Assembly (NCBI GenBank): GCA_963742105.1
Contig: CAVUKN010000007.1
Span: 514,476-578,475, forward strand
From: an uncultured Acidobacteriota bacterium
GTDB lineage: Bacteria > Acidobacteriota > Vicinamibacteria > Vicinamibacterales > UBA2999
Direction: 5' to 3'
DNA length: 64,000 nt
The notes beneath the pieces were generated by a model. It was given only the letters and a program-made list of their open reading frames with translations, had not been told where the DNA came from and did no database searches. Positions 33,223 through 44,274 of the stretch are shown here, one piece after another. The translations under genes were made by a program, and so were the position numbers. The number at the start of each line of letters is the position of its first letter. Position 1 is the first letter of the stretch.

Positions 33223-33300
33223 GTCCAAATTCCAGACGCCGGCGCTCCCCCAACACTCCCAACCGCGTTGAGGAAATCGGCCGGGCGTCAGCGGCAGCAG

Positions 33301-33936
33301 CTATTCGTCATCACCGCCCTCGGCGTCTTCCTGCGCGCTGGTCGCGATGTCGTCGATGTCGAGCGGGGCATCGTCCCCGAGATCTTCCACGTCGTAGATA
33401 CGACCGCCCGTGCGTTCCTTGATCGGGCCGCGAGGCTTGTGATCCTGCTGGTTGCCCTTCTTGCCCCGAAGTCGCTTGGGCGGAGCCGGGGGGCCGAAGT
33501 TGGCGCTTCGATCACGGCCGCCGGGACCCGATGGAGGCCCACCCGGTGCGCTGGGACGTGGACCGAACCCACCCGGGCGTGGACCGCCGAAGCCGCCGGC
33601 GCCTCCACCTGGACGCGGACCACCGAAGCCGCCTCCCGGGCGTGGCGGACCGCCAAAGCCCCCGGGTCGGGGACCGGGCGGGCGATCTTCCCGCGCACGG
33701 GCTTCGCTGACCGCCAGGTTGCGCCCCTGGAAGGGTTGCGCGTCGAATTTCCTGATGACGTCTTCGGCGACGGCACGATCTGCGAACTCGACGAACGCGA
33801 AGCCGCGGGGACGGCCGGTCTCGCGATCGACGGGCATGACGACATGGGAAGGTTCTGCGACTGCGGCAAAGTGGGCGCGAAGATCCGCTTCACTTGCCGA
33901 GTACGGCAGGTTCCCGATGAACAAACGGACTGCCAA
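33301..33936 (-). CDS. RRM-domain RNA-binding protein with a long Gly/Pro/Arg-rich and acidic C-terminal extension
   Basis: RNP-2 LFIGNL and RNP-1 RGFAFVEF motifs in the first 85 aa or so. Next comes (RPGGGFGGP)n-like low complexity, then an acidic tail. At 211 aa it is about twice the usual bacterial RRM protein length. Confidence 0.85.
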   Translation of the reverse strand: MAVRLFIGNLPYSASEADLRAHFAAVAEPSHVVMPVDRETGRPRGFAFVEFADRAVAEDVIRKFDAQPFQGRNLAVSEARAREDRPPGPRPGGFGGPPRPGGGFGGPRPGGGAGGFGGPRPGGFGPRPSAPGGPPSGPGGRDRSANFGPPAPPKRLRGKKGNQQDHKPRGPIKERTGGRIYDVEDLGDDAPLDIDDIATSAQEDAEGGDDE

Positions 33937-33972
33937 GGCTCCCTCGTGAAAAGCGCTGCTCTCGCAGCGGCA

Positions 33973-34837
33973 TCAGATTCTATCCCAGTACGGGTGAAGA
34001 GACGGGAAGGAGAGGGTACGGGCGGCGGGCCTGAAAGCCCGCCCGGCGGAGACGCTCTCGCTGGTGGGAATGGTATGACAGATCAACTCCTGGTGCGTCA
34101 GCGGCCCCGGTCCGGTGCTTTGGCGGCGAGTCTGCACCTGGTGTTCGGTCAGCCCGAGCACGCTGGTGCGTCCGACGCCGTCGTGGTCTGGCGCGTTCGT
34201 CCGAACCCGGAGGTGATTGTGCACGTCGCGGACGCCGCTGACCGATTCCGCGACAGTCTTCGGCGGCGCGTTTGGCCGCCCGGCTGTCGACGAATCCGGT
34301 CAGCAGAACCTCGCCCTCTTCAACCTTGCATTCGACGTCAGCGGCGTCGATCCATCCGTGAGCCGTCAGGCGATCGTTCACATCGTCGGCGATTCGCTGA
34401 TCCGACCGTCGGTAGCCGCGCGGTCCCCGCCCGGCGTGAGGACCAGCGACGCGCCACTCGCCGGCTGCCCGGTCGGGTGCATCGGGCCGATGGAAGTTGG
34501 CGTACCCGGCTTCGAGGCCCGCACCGGTGCGGGCGACGTCGCGGTCCTGTCGATGTCCGCCGGAGAGTCCCCAGCTGACGCCGCTGTAATCGCGATCGAA
34601 CGGCTCGTCGCGCTGGCTTGCGCCCGGATTGTGAGCCGATTGTCGTTCGTATCCTGGGACATCTCGCCAGCCGTATTCACGATACCCGCCGCGCCATCCA
34701 TAGTCACCATCGCCGTACGGACGACCGGAGCTGTAGCTGCGTGGCTCTACGCGCCCGGGCTTGCGTCGCCCTCCCGCCTCGTCGAACTCACGCCGAGTCG
34801 CCTCTTGCCCGCCTCGCCAGCGCATGTCGTCTGCCAT
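33973..34837 (-). pseudogene. BON-domain protein with a disordered RG/YG-rich N-terminus, +1 frameshift near 34255
   Basis: GPRGYRRSDQRIADDVNDRLTAHGWIDAADVECKVEEGEVLLTGFVDSRAAKRAAED is a BON domain. The expected continuation AESVSGVRDVHNHLRV lies one frame over (ORF 33973..34224). One extra base in GAC-T-GTC explains the break. GGAGG lies 6 nt upstream of ATG 34837. Confidence 0.7.
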
Positions 34838-35041
34838 CCGAAACCTCCGTGGAAGAGATGTCGAGCCCTCCACCGCCGGTGATCACTCCAGCAACGTCAG
34901 GGCCACCGTCGGAGGCAGGTTCCATTACGGATAGAAGACAGGCAGCGACCGTGAGAGGCGGCTGTGCTTACGGAGAGAACCCGCGGACCGCGCACATGGG
35001 GGGCGTTTGTTTTGCACGCGAGCAGATGAGGAGAGCAACGG

Positions 35042-35959
35042 ATGCGAACAGCTCAACTGATTCATTCTGTGGTTGCCGTCGCGCTGATGGCGACGATTGG
35101 CTGCAGCCGTGCCGAGACGAACCAGAAGACCGAGCAGGCCGCTGCCGAGGTGAAGACAGCGGCCGCACGCGCCGGTGACAAGATCGCAGACGGATGGCTG
35201 ACCACTCGTATACAGGCCCAGTACTTTGCCGACGACCAGGTCAAAGGGCGGTATATCGATGTGTCCACCACCGACAAGGTAGTCACGCTGAAGGGATACG
35301 TCGAATCGCCGGCGGCGCGCGAACGCGCGTTGCAGATTGCGCGAAGCACAAACGGGGTGCGACAGGTCAATGACCAGCTGCTGATCGGTCAGTCGCCGAA
35401 GGCGTTCGAAGCCGCCCAGGCAGACACGCGTGCGCAGCAGCCGGTGGCGACGTCGGGCGAGACTCAGCCGGGTGGCGTGACCACCCCAGTCGACGACGCC
35501 CAACTGACGAACAACATCCAGGCGAAGTACTTCCTCGACCCCACAGTGAAGGGCCGGCATGTCGAGGTCGATACCCGCGGTGGCGTGGTGACGTTGAATG
35601 GCGAAGTCGCCAGCGAAGGAGAGCGTGCGCAGGCGCTGCTGCTGGCGCGCAGCACGCAGGGTGTTCAGCGAGTCGAAGACCACTTGACGGTGAACGCGGG
35701 CGCCGAGCAGCAGGCGAGCAGCGGTCCGGCCACGCAGCCGCTGACGGTTCCCGCTGACGACGCAACGGTGGCTACCGAGGTCAAGACGCAGTTCGCCGCG
35801 GATCCGCAGCTGCAAGTGATTGATGTCACCGTGCAGGAGGGTGTCGCGCAACTCCAGGGCACGGTGGCCTCCACCGCGGTCCGTCAGAAGGCTGTCGATC
35901 TCGCGCGGAATACAGAAGGCGTGACGCAAGTCGTGGATCGCCTGCGGATCAGAAAGTAA
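35042..35959 (+). CDS. multi-BON-domain lipoprotein (OsmY-like)
   Basis: Lipobox ATIGCS. At least three repeats of the pattern D..L...I.......V.G..I.V.T..GVVTL.G.V.S......A...A....GV..V.D.L. Confidence 0.85.
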   Translation: MRTAQLIHSVVAVALMATIGCSRAETNQKTEQAAAEVKTAAARAGDKIADGWLTTRIQAQYFADDQVKGRYIDVSTTDKVVTLKGYVESPAARERALQIARSTNGVRQVNDQLLIGQSPKAFEAAQADTRAQQPVATSGETQPGGVTTPVDDAQLTNNIQAKYFLDPTVKGRHVEVDTRGGVVTLNGEVASEGERAQALLLARSTQGVQRVEDHLTVNAGAEQQASSGPATQPLTVPADDATVATEVKTQFAADPQLQVIDVTVQEGVAQLQGTVASTAVRQKAVDLARNTEGVTQVVDRLRIRK

Positions 35960-36887
35960 CGCCCTGGCCGGTCGAGGACGTGTCGAACAGGGTCCACACG
36001 TCCTCGGCGCGAAGTGACGTGCCCGCAGCAATCAGACCGACGGCGGCTGCCGCGCGGCCGATGACCTCCGGCGCGGTGAGACCTTGCGCGCGGAGTTCCC
36101 GGATGCCGGTGTCGCGGGCGGCCTTGCTCAGCTTCTCGCCGCTGGTTCCGAAAACCAGAGGGTGATGGAGATAGCGTGGCGGCGCGGTGTCGCCGAGCAT
36201 CCGGGCGAGACGCAGCTGTCGTCCCGTCGAGCTGACGAGATCGACGCCGCGGATCACCAGCGAGATCCCTTGTCGAAGGTCGTCAACGACCACCGCGAAC
36301 TGATACGTCCAGTTCCCGTCACGATCGCGGAGAAGGAGATCGCCACACTGTTCGGACGGATCCTGCTCCAGCGGTCCGAGTAGCAAATCGTCGGTGTGTT
36401 CGCTTCCGGGCTCGAACACGACACGGAGGCCGGTGCCGTCAGCGTCTCTGTGACTTGTGGGGCGGCCCTTATCAGGCCCGCCAGAGTTCCGGCACCGTCC
36501 ATCGTAGCGTTCACCACCGATCTCCTTGCGTGAACATCGGCAAGCATAGACATGATGTTCCGTGGCGAGTTGCTGCAGCGCACCTTGATAGACGGTTGAA
36601 CGATCGCTCTGCCGATCGAGCGGGTACCGACCTTCGTCGGGGACGAAGCCAAGCCAATCGAGATCCTCCAGCAGCGCACGCTCGTATTCAGGACGGCTCC
36701 TGATCCGATCGTGATCCTCCACCCGCAGGCGGACGCGGCCACCGAGCGCTTTCGCGACCCCCCACACGTAGATGGCGTTCACCACGTGTCCGAGGTGCAG
36801 GTACCCTGTCGGGGAGGGTGCGAACCGTGTGAGTGGAGGCACGGGCCAGTCGCGCCGGTCGAGGCGCGGTCGGATCTCCAGGGACAT
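35949..36887 (-). CDS. gluQ: tRNA glutamyl-Q(34) synthetase
   Basis: 312 aa. RFAPSPTGYLHLGH (HIGH motif) and GEKLSK (KMSKS-like). The length matches truncated GluRS paralogs. The 3' end overlaps the convergent BON gene by 11 nt. Confidence 0.88.
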   Translation of the reverse strand: MSLEIRPRLDRRDWPVPPLTRFAPSPTGYLHLGHVVNAIYVWGVAKALGGRVRLRVEDHDRIRSRPEYERALLEDLDWLGFVPDEGRYPLDRQSDRSTVYQGALQQLATEHHVYACRCSRKEIGGERYDGRCRNSGGPDKGRPTSHRDADGTGLRVVFEPGSEHTDDLLLGPLEQDPSEQCGDLLLRDRDGNWTYQFAVVVDDLRQGISLVIRGVDLVSSTGRQLRLARMLGDTAPPRYLHHPLVFGTSGEKLSKAARDTGIRELRAQGLTAPEVIGRAAAAVGLIAAGTSLRAEDVWTLFDTSSTGQGVTF

Positions 36888-36893
36888 AGCGCG

Positions 36894-37919
36894 ATGACGA
36901 TGCTAATCGAGCCGACGGATGCCGGGCTGTATTGCACGGCCGGCGGGTTTCACATCGATCCATGGAAACCGGTCGCGCGAGCGGTGATCACGCATGCGCA
37001 CGGTGACCATCTGCGCCCAGGGTCGGCTGCGTATTTGTGCAGCGCCGACGCCATGCCGCTGGTGGCGCATCGGCTTGGCGGCACTGCGGACGTTACCGCG
37101 CTCTCGTATGGCGAGACCATCGTGCTGGATGGCGTACGCGTCTCTCTGCACCCGGCCGGGCACATCCTCGGATCCGCGCAGGTGCGCGTGGAATCCCGCG
37201 GCGAAGTGTGGGTGGCGTCCGGAGACTACAAACGCCAGGCTGACCCGACATGCCGTCGTTTCGAGCCGCAGCGCTGTCATACGTTCATCACCGAAGCGAC
37301 CTTCGCGCTACCGATATTCCGCTGGGACGAACCGCCCATGACAATCGCAGAGATTACGGAGTGGGTGCATGAAATGCAGGACGCGAAGCGTCCGGCCGTC
37401 CTCTTTGGCTATGCATTGGGCAAGGCGCAGCGTGTATTGGCCGAGTTGTACGCGGCAGGTCTCGATCGCCCCGTCTTCGTCCACGGTGCGCTCATGCCGT
37501 TGGTGGACGTGTACCGCGGGGCAGGTGTGGCGATGCCGTCTGTACGTCGCGCGACCGAGCTCGGACGCGGTGCCGCATTCGCCGGCGAGCTGATTGTGGC
37601 GCCCGTTTCGGCCCGCGGCAGCACGTGGATGCGGCGATTCCGTGATCATTCCGCCGCGTTTGCCTCCGGCTGGATGCGAATCCGCGGCGCCCGCCGTCGT
37701 CGCGGCTACGACCGTGGCTTTGCGCTGTCGGACCATGCCGACTGGCGTGACCTGCTGCACACGATCGAAGAGACCGCCGCGGCGCGCGTGTTCGTCACCC
37801 ACGGCTATACCGACACGCTCGCGCGATTTCTCCTGGAACAGGGTATCGAGGCTCACGGCTGGCGCACGCAGTACGAAGGCGAGCCGGAGTCGTCCGAGCC
37901 GGCGGCAGTGGACGCGTGA
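36894..37919 (+). CDS. ligase-associated DNA damage response exonuclease (metallo-beta-lactamase / beta-CASP fold)
   Basis: THAHGDH metal motif, MBL-fold sequence, and a position immediately upstream of (and overlapping) an ATP-dependent ligase gene. ATG 36894 is only 6 nt from the divergent gluQ start. Confidence 0.8.
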   Translation: MTMLIEPTDAGLYCTAGGFHIDPWKPVARAVITHAHGDHLRPGSAAYLCSADAMPLVAHRLGGTADVTALSYGETIVLDGVRVSLHPAGHILGSAQVRVESRGEVWVASGDYKRQADPTCRRFEPQRCHTFITEATFALPIFRWDEPPMTIAEITEWVHEMQDAKRPAVLFGYALGKAQRVLAELYAAGLDRPVFVHGALMPLVDVYRGAGVAMPSVRRATELGRGAAFAGELIVAPVSARGSTWMRRFRDHSAAFASGWMRIRGARRRRGYDRGFALSDHADWRDLLHTIEETAAARVFVTHGYTDTLARFLLEQGIEAHGWRTQYEGEPESSEPAAVDA

Positions 37920-39628
37920 AGCAGTTCGCCGAGCTCTACACGCGCATCGACGGGACGACGTCAACCAACGCCAAGGTGACCGCGCTGGTGGAGTATCTTG
38001 CCGCCGCCCCAGCGGCCGACGCCGCGTGGGCATTGTTCTTCCTGACCGGCCGGCGTCTCAAGCGGCTCCTGCCGTCGCGTCTCCTGCATGACTGGACACT
38101 GGAGCTCTCGAGCCTCCCGGAGTGGCTCGTGCGCGAATCGTATGCGGCGACCGGCGATTTCGCTGAAGCCATCGCGCTGCTCCTCGACCGCCGGCTGCAG
38201 CCGCTGATGCCCGAGGACGTGCACCGGGACGACTCGACGTCCGTCGATCGGCTGCCGTTCGATGACGTCGAAACGGTGCCGGTAGACATGGCGATCGATG
38301 GCGTCAGTCTCGCCGACTGGATTGAGCAGCGCATCATCCCGCTGCGTGCTGCCTCGGACGCGGAACGTCGGACGCGGGTGTTCGTCTGGTGGTCGCGTCT
38401 GGATCGGTGGCAGTTGTTCGTGCTCAACAAGCTGCTGACTGGCGAGTTCCGTGTCGGCATGTCTCATACCCTCGTGGTCCGGGCGGTGGCGCAACTCGCG
38501 GGCCTGCCAACGCCGGTTGTGGAGCACCGGCTGATGGGAAATTGGGAGCCTTCGGCGGCGGCGTTCGCCGCGCTGGTTGCGCCGGAGGGCGTGGAAGACG
38601 AACCGTCCAGACCCTATCCGTTCTGCCTCGCGTCGCCGCTCGAGGCTGCGCCCTTGGAGCTTGGTGATCGCCACGAGTGGCTCGTGGAATGGAAATGGGA
38701 CGGCATCCGCGCGCAGCTGATTCGTCGCCACCAGCAAACGTTCCTGTGGTCACGCGGCGAAGAATTGATAACTGGCAGGTTCCCGGAAGTGGCCGGGGCC
38801 GCCGCGGCACTTCCCGATGGAACGGTGCTGGACGGAGAACTGCTGGCGTTTGCGGACGGCCGCCCGAGGCCATTCGCCGATCTGCAGCAGCGGATTGGCC
38901 GCCAGCGCCGGGTTGACGAAGTGGCATCGGGTATCCCGGTCGTGTTCGTCGCCTACGACCTTCTGGAAGCTGCCGGCGAGGACATCCGATCGTCGTCGAT
39001 GCGCGGCCGCCGCGATCGCCTCTTACAATTGCTCGACACGTTACCGGCTGCCGTCCGGGACCGCCTGCGCGTCTCCGAGGCGGTCGTCGCGGGAACGTGG
39101 GAGGATCTCGCAGCGGTCCGCCAGGGCTCTCGCGAGCGCAATGTCGAAGGGCTGATGCTCAAGCGGTGGTCCTCGCCGTATCACACGGGGCGTCGCCGTG
39201 GCGACTGGTGGAAGTGGAAGATCGAGCCGCACACGATCGATGCGGTACTGATTTACGCGCAGCCTGGCAGCGGCCGCCGGGCCAGCCTGTTCACCGACTA
39301 CACGTTCGGCGTCTGGGACGGCGCCGAGCTCGTGCCAGTGGCGAAGGCGTATTCAGGGTTGACGGATGTCGAGATCGACGAACTGGACCGCTGGGTCCGC
39401 CGGCACACCACGGAGCGGTTCGGTCCGGTGAGCGCCGTAGAGCCGGCGCAGGTCTTCGAACTGGGGTTCGAACGGATTGCCCGTTCGAGCCGGCATCGTT
39501 CGGGTGTGGCCGTCAGATTTCCGCGCATGCTGCGCTGGCGGCGCGACAAGACGGCCGCCGAGGCGGATACGCTGGAGACGTTGCGCACGCTGCTCGCTGT
39601 TCAGGATGATTCCCTACCTCGACGCTGA
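37916..39628 (+). CDS. ATP-dependent DNA ligase
   Basis: 570 aa. Adenylation motif I EWKWDGIR. Further ligase motifs: [19 protein letters not shown] and WWKWK. Confidence 0.88.
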   Translation: MKQFAELYTRIDGTTSTNAKVTALVEYLAAAPAADAAWALFFLTGRRLKRLLPSRLLHDWTLELSSLPEWLVRESYAATGDFAEAIALLLDRRLQPLMPEDVHRDDSTSVDRLPFDDVETVPVDMAIDGVSLADWIEQRIIPLRAASDAERRTRVFVWWSRLDRWQLFVLNKLLTGEFRVGMSHTLVVRAVAQLAGLPTPVVEHRLMGNWEPSAAAFAALVAPEGVEDEPSRPYPFCLASPLEAAPLELGDRHEWLVEWKWDGIRAQLIRRHQQTFLWSRGEELITGRFPEVAGAAAALPDGTVLDGELLAFADGRPRPFADLQQRIGRQRRVDEVASGIPVVFVAYDLLEAAGEDIRSSSMRGRRDRLLQLLDTLPAAVRDRLRVSEAVVAGTWEDLAAVRQGSRERNVEGLMLKRWSSPYHTGRRRGDWWKWKIEPHTIDAVLIYAQPGSGRRASLFTDYTFGVWDGAELVPVAKAYSGLTDVEIDELDRWVRRHTTERFGPVSAVEPAQVFELGFERIARSSRHRSGVAVRFPRMLRWRRDKTAAEADTLETLRTLLAVQDDSLPRR

Positions 39629-40313
39629 AGACCCATTCCCACCGGTCGAAGACGCCATGCGCGAACCCAACGGCCTTCTGGCTGCCGGCGCCGACCTGTC
39701 GCCCGGGCGGTTGCTGGATGCCTATCGCCGCGGCATCTTTCCCTGGTTCGGCGACGAGGACCCGCTTCTATGGTGGAGCCCGGATCCTCGCATGGTGCTG
39801 TTCGTCGAGGAACTCCATGTCTCGCGGTCACTTCGCAAAACGATCCGGTCCGGGCGGTTCGTGGTCACCGCCGACCGCGCCTTCAGCGCCGTCATGACCG
39901 GCTGCGCGGAACCGCGCGCAGACGCCGAGGGCACCTGGATCACGACCGAAATGCGCGCCGCGTACGCGCGCCTGGCCGCGCTCGGATATGCGCACTCGAT
40001 TGAGGCGTGGCGGGACGGGCAGCTGGTGGGCGGCCTGTATGGGGTCGCCATCGGCCGCATCTTCTTTGGCGAGTCGATGTTCGCCCGGGTGCCCGACGCG
40101 TCGAAAGTCGCCTTTGTTACGCTCGTGCGCCATCTCCAGCGATGGCAGTTCCGGATGATCGACTGTCAGATGCCGACCGCTCACCTGGCGTCCTTCGGTG
40201 CCCGGGAAATACCGAGACGGGATTTCCTGGTCGAGGTCAACCGCGCCGTGGTCGAGCCCCCGGTGCCGGCGCCGTGGACATTCGAGCCTCTCAGTACAAT
40301 TGAATCGGCATGA
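39606..40313 (+). CDS. aat: leucyl/phenylalanyl-tRNA--protein transferase
   Basis: [38 protein letters not shown] and GESMF motifs. ATG 39606 overlaps the ligase 3' end by 23 nt. Confidence 0.88.
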   Translation: MIPYLDAEDPFPPVEDAMREPNGLLAAGADLSPGRLLDAYRRGIFPWFGDEDPLLWWSPDPRMVLFVEELHVSRSLRKTIRSGRFVVTADRAFSAVMTGCAEPRADAEGTWITTEMRAAYARLAALGYAHSIEAWRDGQLVGGLYGVAIGRIFFGESMFARVPDASKVAFVTLVRHLQRWQFRMIDCQMPTAHLASFGAREIPRRDFLVEVNRAVVEPPVPAPWTFEPLSTIESA

Positions 40314-40642
40314 GTCCCCGCCCCGGCGCAGACGAATCGACGCTCACTGAGTCCAGAAGCGACCAGCGGTTGGCCACCCCCCGGCTCTGGAGGGTTCTGC
40401 TGCACAACGACGACTACACCACGCAGGACTTCGTCGTATGGGTGCTGGAGTCGATCTTCAATAAGTCGACCGCGGAGGCGTTCGCGATTATGTTGAGCGT
40501 GCATCGATCCGGATTGGGGCTCGCGGGCGTCTATACCCATGATGTCGCCGAAACCAAGCTCAAGGCGACCCGCCAGGCGGCGGAGGAGCACGAGTTCCCG
40601 CTCCTGGTGACGATGGAGCCAGATGACAATCGTGAATCGTGA
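40310..40642 (+). CDS. clpS: ATP-dependent Clp protease adaptor ClpS
   Basis: [55 protein letters not shown] is a canonical ClpS core. ATGA overlap with aat. Confidence 0.92.
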   Translation: MSPRPGADESTLTESRSDQRLATPRLWRVLLHNDDYTTQDFVVWVLESIFNKSTAEAFAIMLSVHRSGLGLAGVYTHDVAETKLKATRQAAEEHEFPLLVTMEPDDNRES

Positions 40643-40762
40643 ATGGCGAATCGTGAATGGCGCGTCAGCCGGTTGAGCCGGAATCAGCCATCTTCACGCG
40701 ATCATCGAGCATTCAGGACTTACGATTCAGAATTCACGATTCACGATTCCAGATTCACGATT
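40628..40762. repeat. word hairpin, family B (AATCGTG heptamers) spanning the clpS stop to the clpA start
   Basis: Left arm aatcgtgaatcgtgaatggcgaatcgtgaatggcg (40628-40662). Right arm cgattcagaattcacgattcacgattccagattcacgatt (40723-40762). About 27 of 33 positions are complementary, with an 11-bp perfect outer stem aatcgtgaatc / gattcacgatt. Confidence 0.85.
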
Positions 40763-40763
40763 G

Positions 40764-42993
<2,230 letters not shown>

Positions 42994-43019
<26 letters not shown>

Positions 43020-43082
43020 CCAATTGATTGGTTCATTGCGGCAATGAAATCCGTCAATGTTCAAATTGGTCAATCGTCAATC
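42994..43082. repeat. word hairpin, family C (ATTGCCGATTGACCAAyTTGAACATTGA)
   Basis: Left arm 42998-43020 gattgaccaacttgaacattgac pairs with 43053-43075 (22 of 23). The central ttcattgc-g-gcaatgaa is itself palindromic. The left arm encodes the last 8 codons and stop of clpA. Confidence 0.85.
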
Positions 43083-43084
43083 TC

Positions 43085-43714
43085 ATGAACTTCTCCGATC
43101 TTCGCCGCGACTACGTCGGTGAGCCGCTGAGCGAAACCGAGTCCGATCGCGATCCGTACCGTCAGTTCACGCGCTGGTTCGACCAGGCGCGGCAGGGCGA
43201 AATGGATCCGACCGCGATGTCGCTGGCCACGGCGTCGACCGCGGGCCGTCCGTCCGTCCGAACGGTGCTGTTGAAGGACATGGAAGAGGGCGCTTTCGTC
43301 TTCTATACCAATTACGGCAGCCTGAAGGCGCAGGAACTGGAGGCCACGGGGGAAGCGGCGCTGCTGTTCTACTGGGCGTCACTCAACCGGCAGGTGCGTA
43401 TCAGTGGACGGGTGGAGCGGGTGTCCGACGCGGAGTCGGATGCGTACTTCGCCACCCGTCCGCTCGAGAGCCGCTGGAGTGTCTATGCGTCGGACCAGAG
43501 CCGAGTCGTCCCCAGTCGTGAGGTACTCGAGTCGCGATACGAACTGGCGCGTCAGACGTACGGCGAGACCGTGCCGCGACCGGCCTGGTGGGGCGGTTAC
43601 CGCGTCATTCCCTCCGAGTTCGAGTTCTGGCAGGGCCGCCCGAGCCGCTTGCACGATCGCGTGCGCTATCGGCGCGACGGCGATGCGTGGGTCCGCGAAC
43701 GTCTGGCACCGTAA
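43085..43714 (+). CDS. pdxH: pyridoxamine 5'-phosphate oxidase
   Basis: MNFSDLRRDY..., PTAMSLATA...GRPSVRTVLLK, WGGYRV.P..FEFWQGRPSRLHDR..Y and an ERLAP C-terminus are typical of PdxH. Confidence 0.9.
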   Translation: MNFSDLRRDYVGEPLSETESDRDPYRQFTRWFDQARQGEMDPTAMSLATASTAGRPSVRTVLLKDMEEGAFVFYTNYGSLKAQELEATGEAALLFYWASLNRQVRISGRVERVSDAESDAYFATRPLESRWSVYASDQSRVVPSREVLESRYELARQTYGETVPRPAWWGGYRVIPSEFEFWQGRPSRLHDRVRYRRDGDAWVRERLAP

Positions 43715-43715
43715 T

Positions 43716-43830
43716 CGACTTTGTGTTCACACTTCCCGGTTCGCGCTTCTCGGTTCGTGTTCAGTGTTCGGTTCACGGTGCTGAGTTCGGAGTCCTGAGT
43801 TCGGAGTTCGGGTTCGCCGAGTTCGCCCCG
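43716..43830. repeat. low-complexity GTTCGG / GAGTTCGG word region
   Basis: ...ggttcgcgcttctcggttcgtgttcagtgttcggttcacggtgctgagttcggagtcctgagttcggagttcgggttcgccgagttcgc starts directly after the pdxH stop. Confidence 0.6.
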
Positions 43831-43875
43831 ACCTGTGATGCTCAACCCGCCTCACACACGAAGTTCCGGACACGC

Positions 43876-44222
43876 CCCCGCACCATGGCGAATCGGCGTC
43901 GCACCATCAAGCGTCGAGCCTCGCACCAACGAGTGTCGATCCTCGCACCCGCACGTGTCGTGCCTCGCACCAGCATGAATCGCGACTCGCACCAGCACGT
44001 GTCGCCCCTCGCACCAGCAAGCGTCGCTCTCGCACCAACGAGCGTCGCCCCTCGCACCAGCAAGCGTCGCTCTCGCACCAACGAGCGTCGCCCCTCGCAC
44101 CAACGGGTGGCGATCCTCGCACCCGCGGATGTCGAGCCTCGCACCCGCAAGCGTCGCCCCTCGCACCATCGAGCATCGAGCCTCGCACCCACGAGGCACG
44201 AGCATCGGCCCTCGCACCTCGT
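43876..44222. repeat. tandem array of about 15 copies of a 22-bp unit (consensus TCGCACCAnCrAGCGTCGnCCC)
   Basis: The TCGCACC core recurs every 21-22 nt from 43899 to 44218. Units 7-8 and 9-10 form an exact 43-bp duplication (tcgcaccagcaagcgtcgctctcgcaccaacgagcgtcgcccc, twice). The array ends about 50 nt upstream of addB. Confidence 0.9.
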
Positions 44223-44274
44223 AGTATCATCCCGTCCGTAACCGGTTTCCCGGCACAGCGCCCGGGGTGATCAC

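Noticed and set aside
43876-44222. Possible CRISPR array, given the regularly spaced conserved TCGCACC cores
   Set aside because: The period is only 21-22 bp, with no unique spacers between repeats; the variable part of each unit is about 8-10 nt and itself semi-conserved. Units are contiguous, two units are exactly duplicated, and no cas genes are present in the window. It is a minisatellite or iteron-like tandem repeat.
43588-44241. 217-aa ORF (and the antisense ORFs 43842..44192 and 43852..44217) spanning the 22-bp array
   Set aside because: The repetitive peptide arises only from translating a repeat whose period is not a multiple of 3. There is no start context and no domain, and several frames and strands are equally open.
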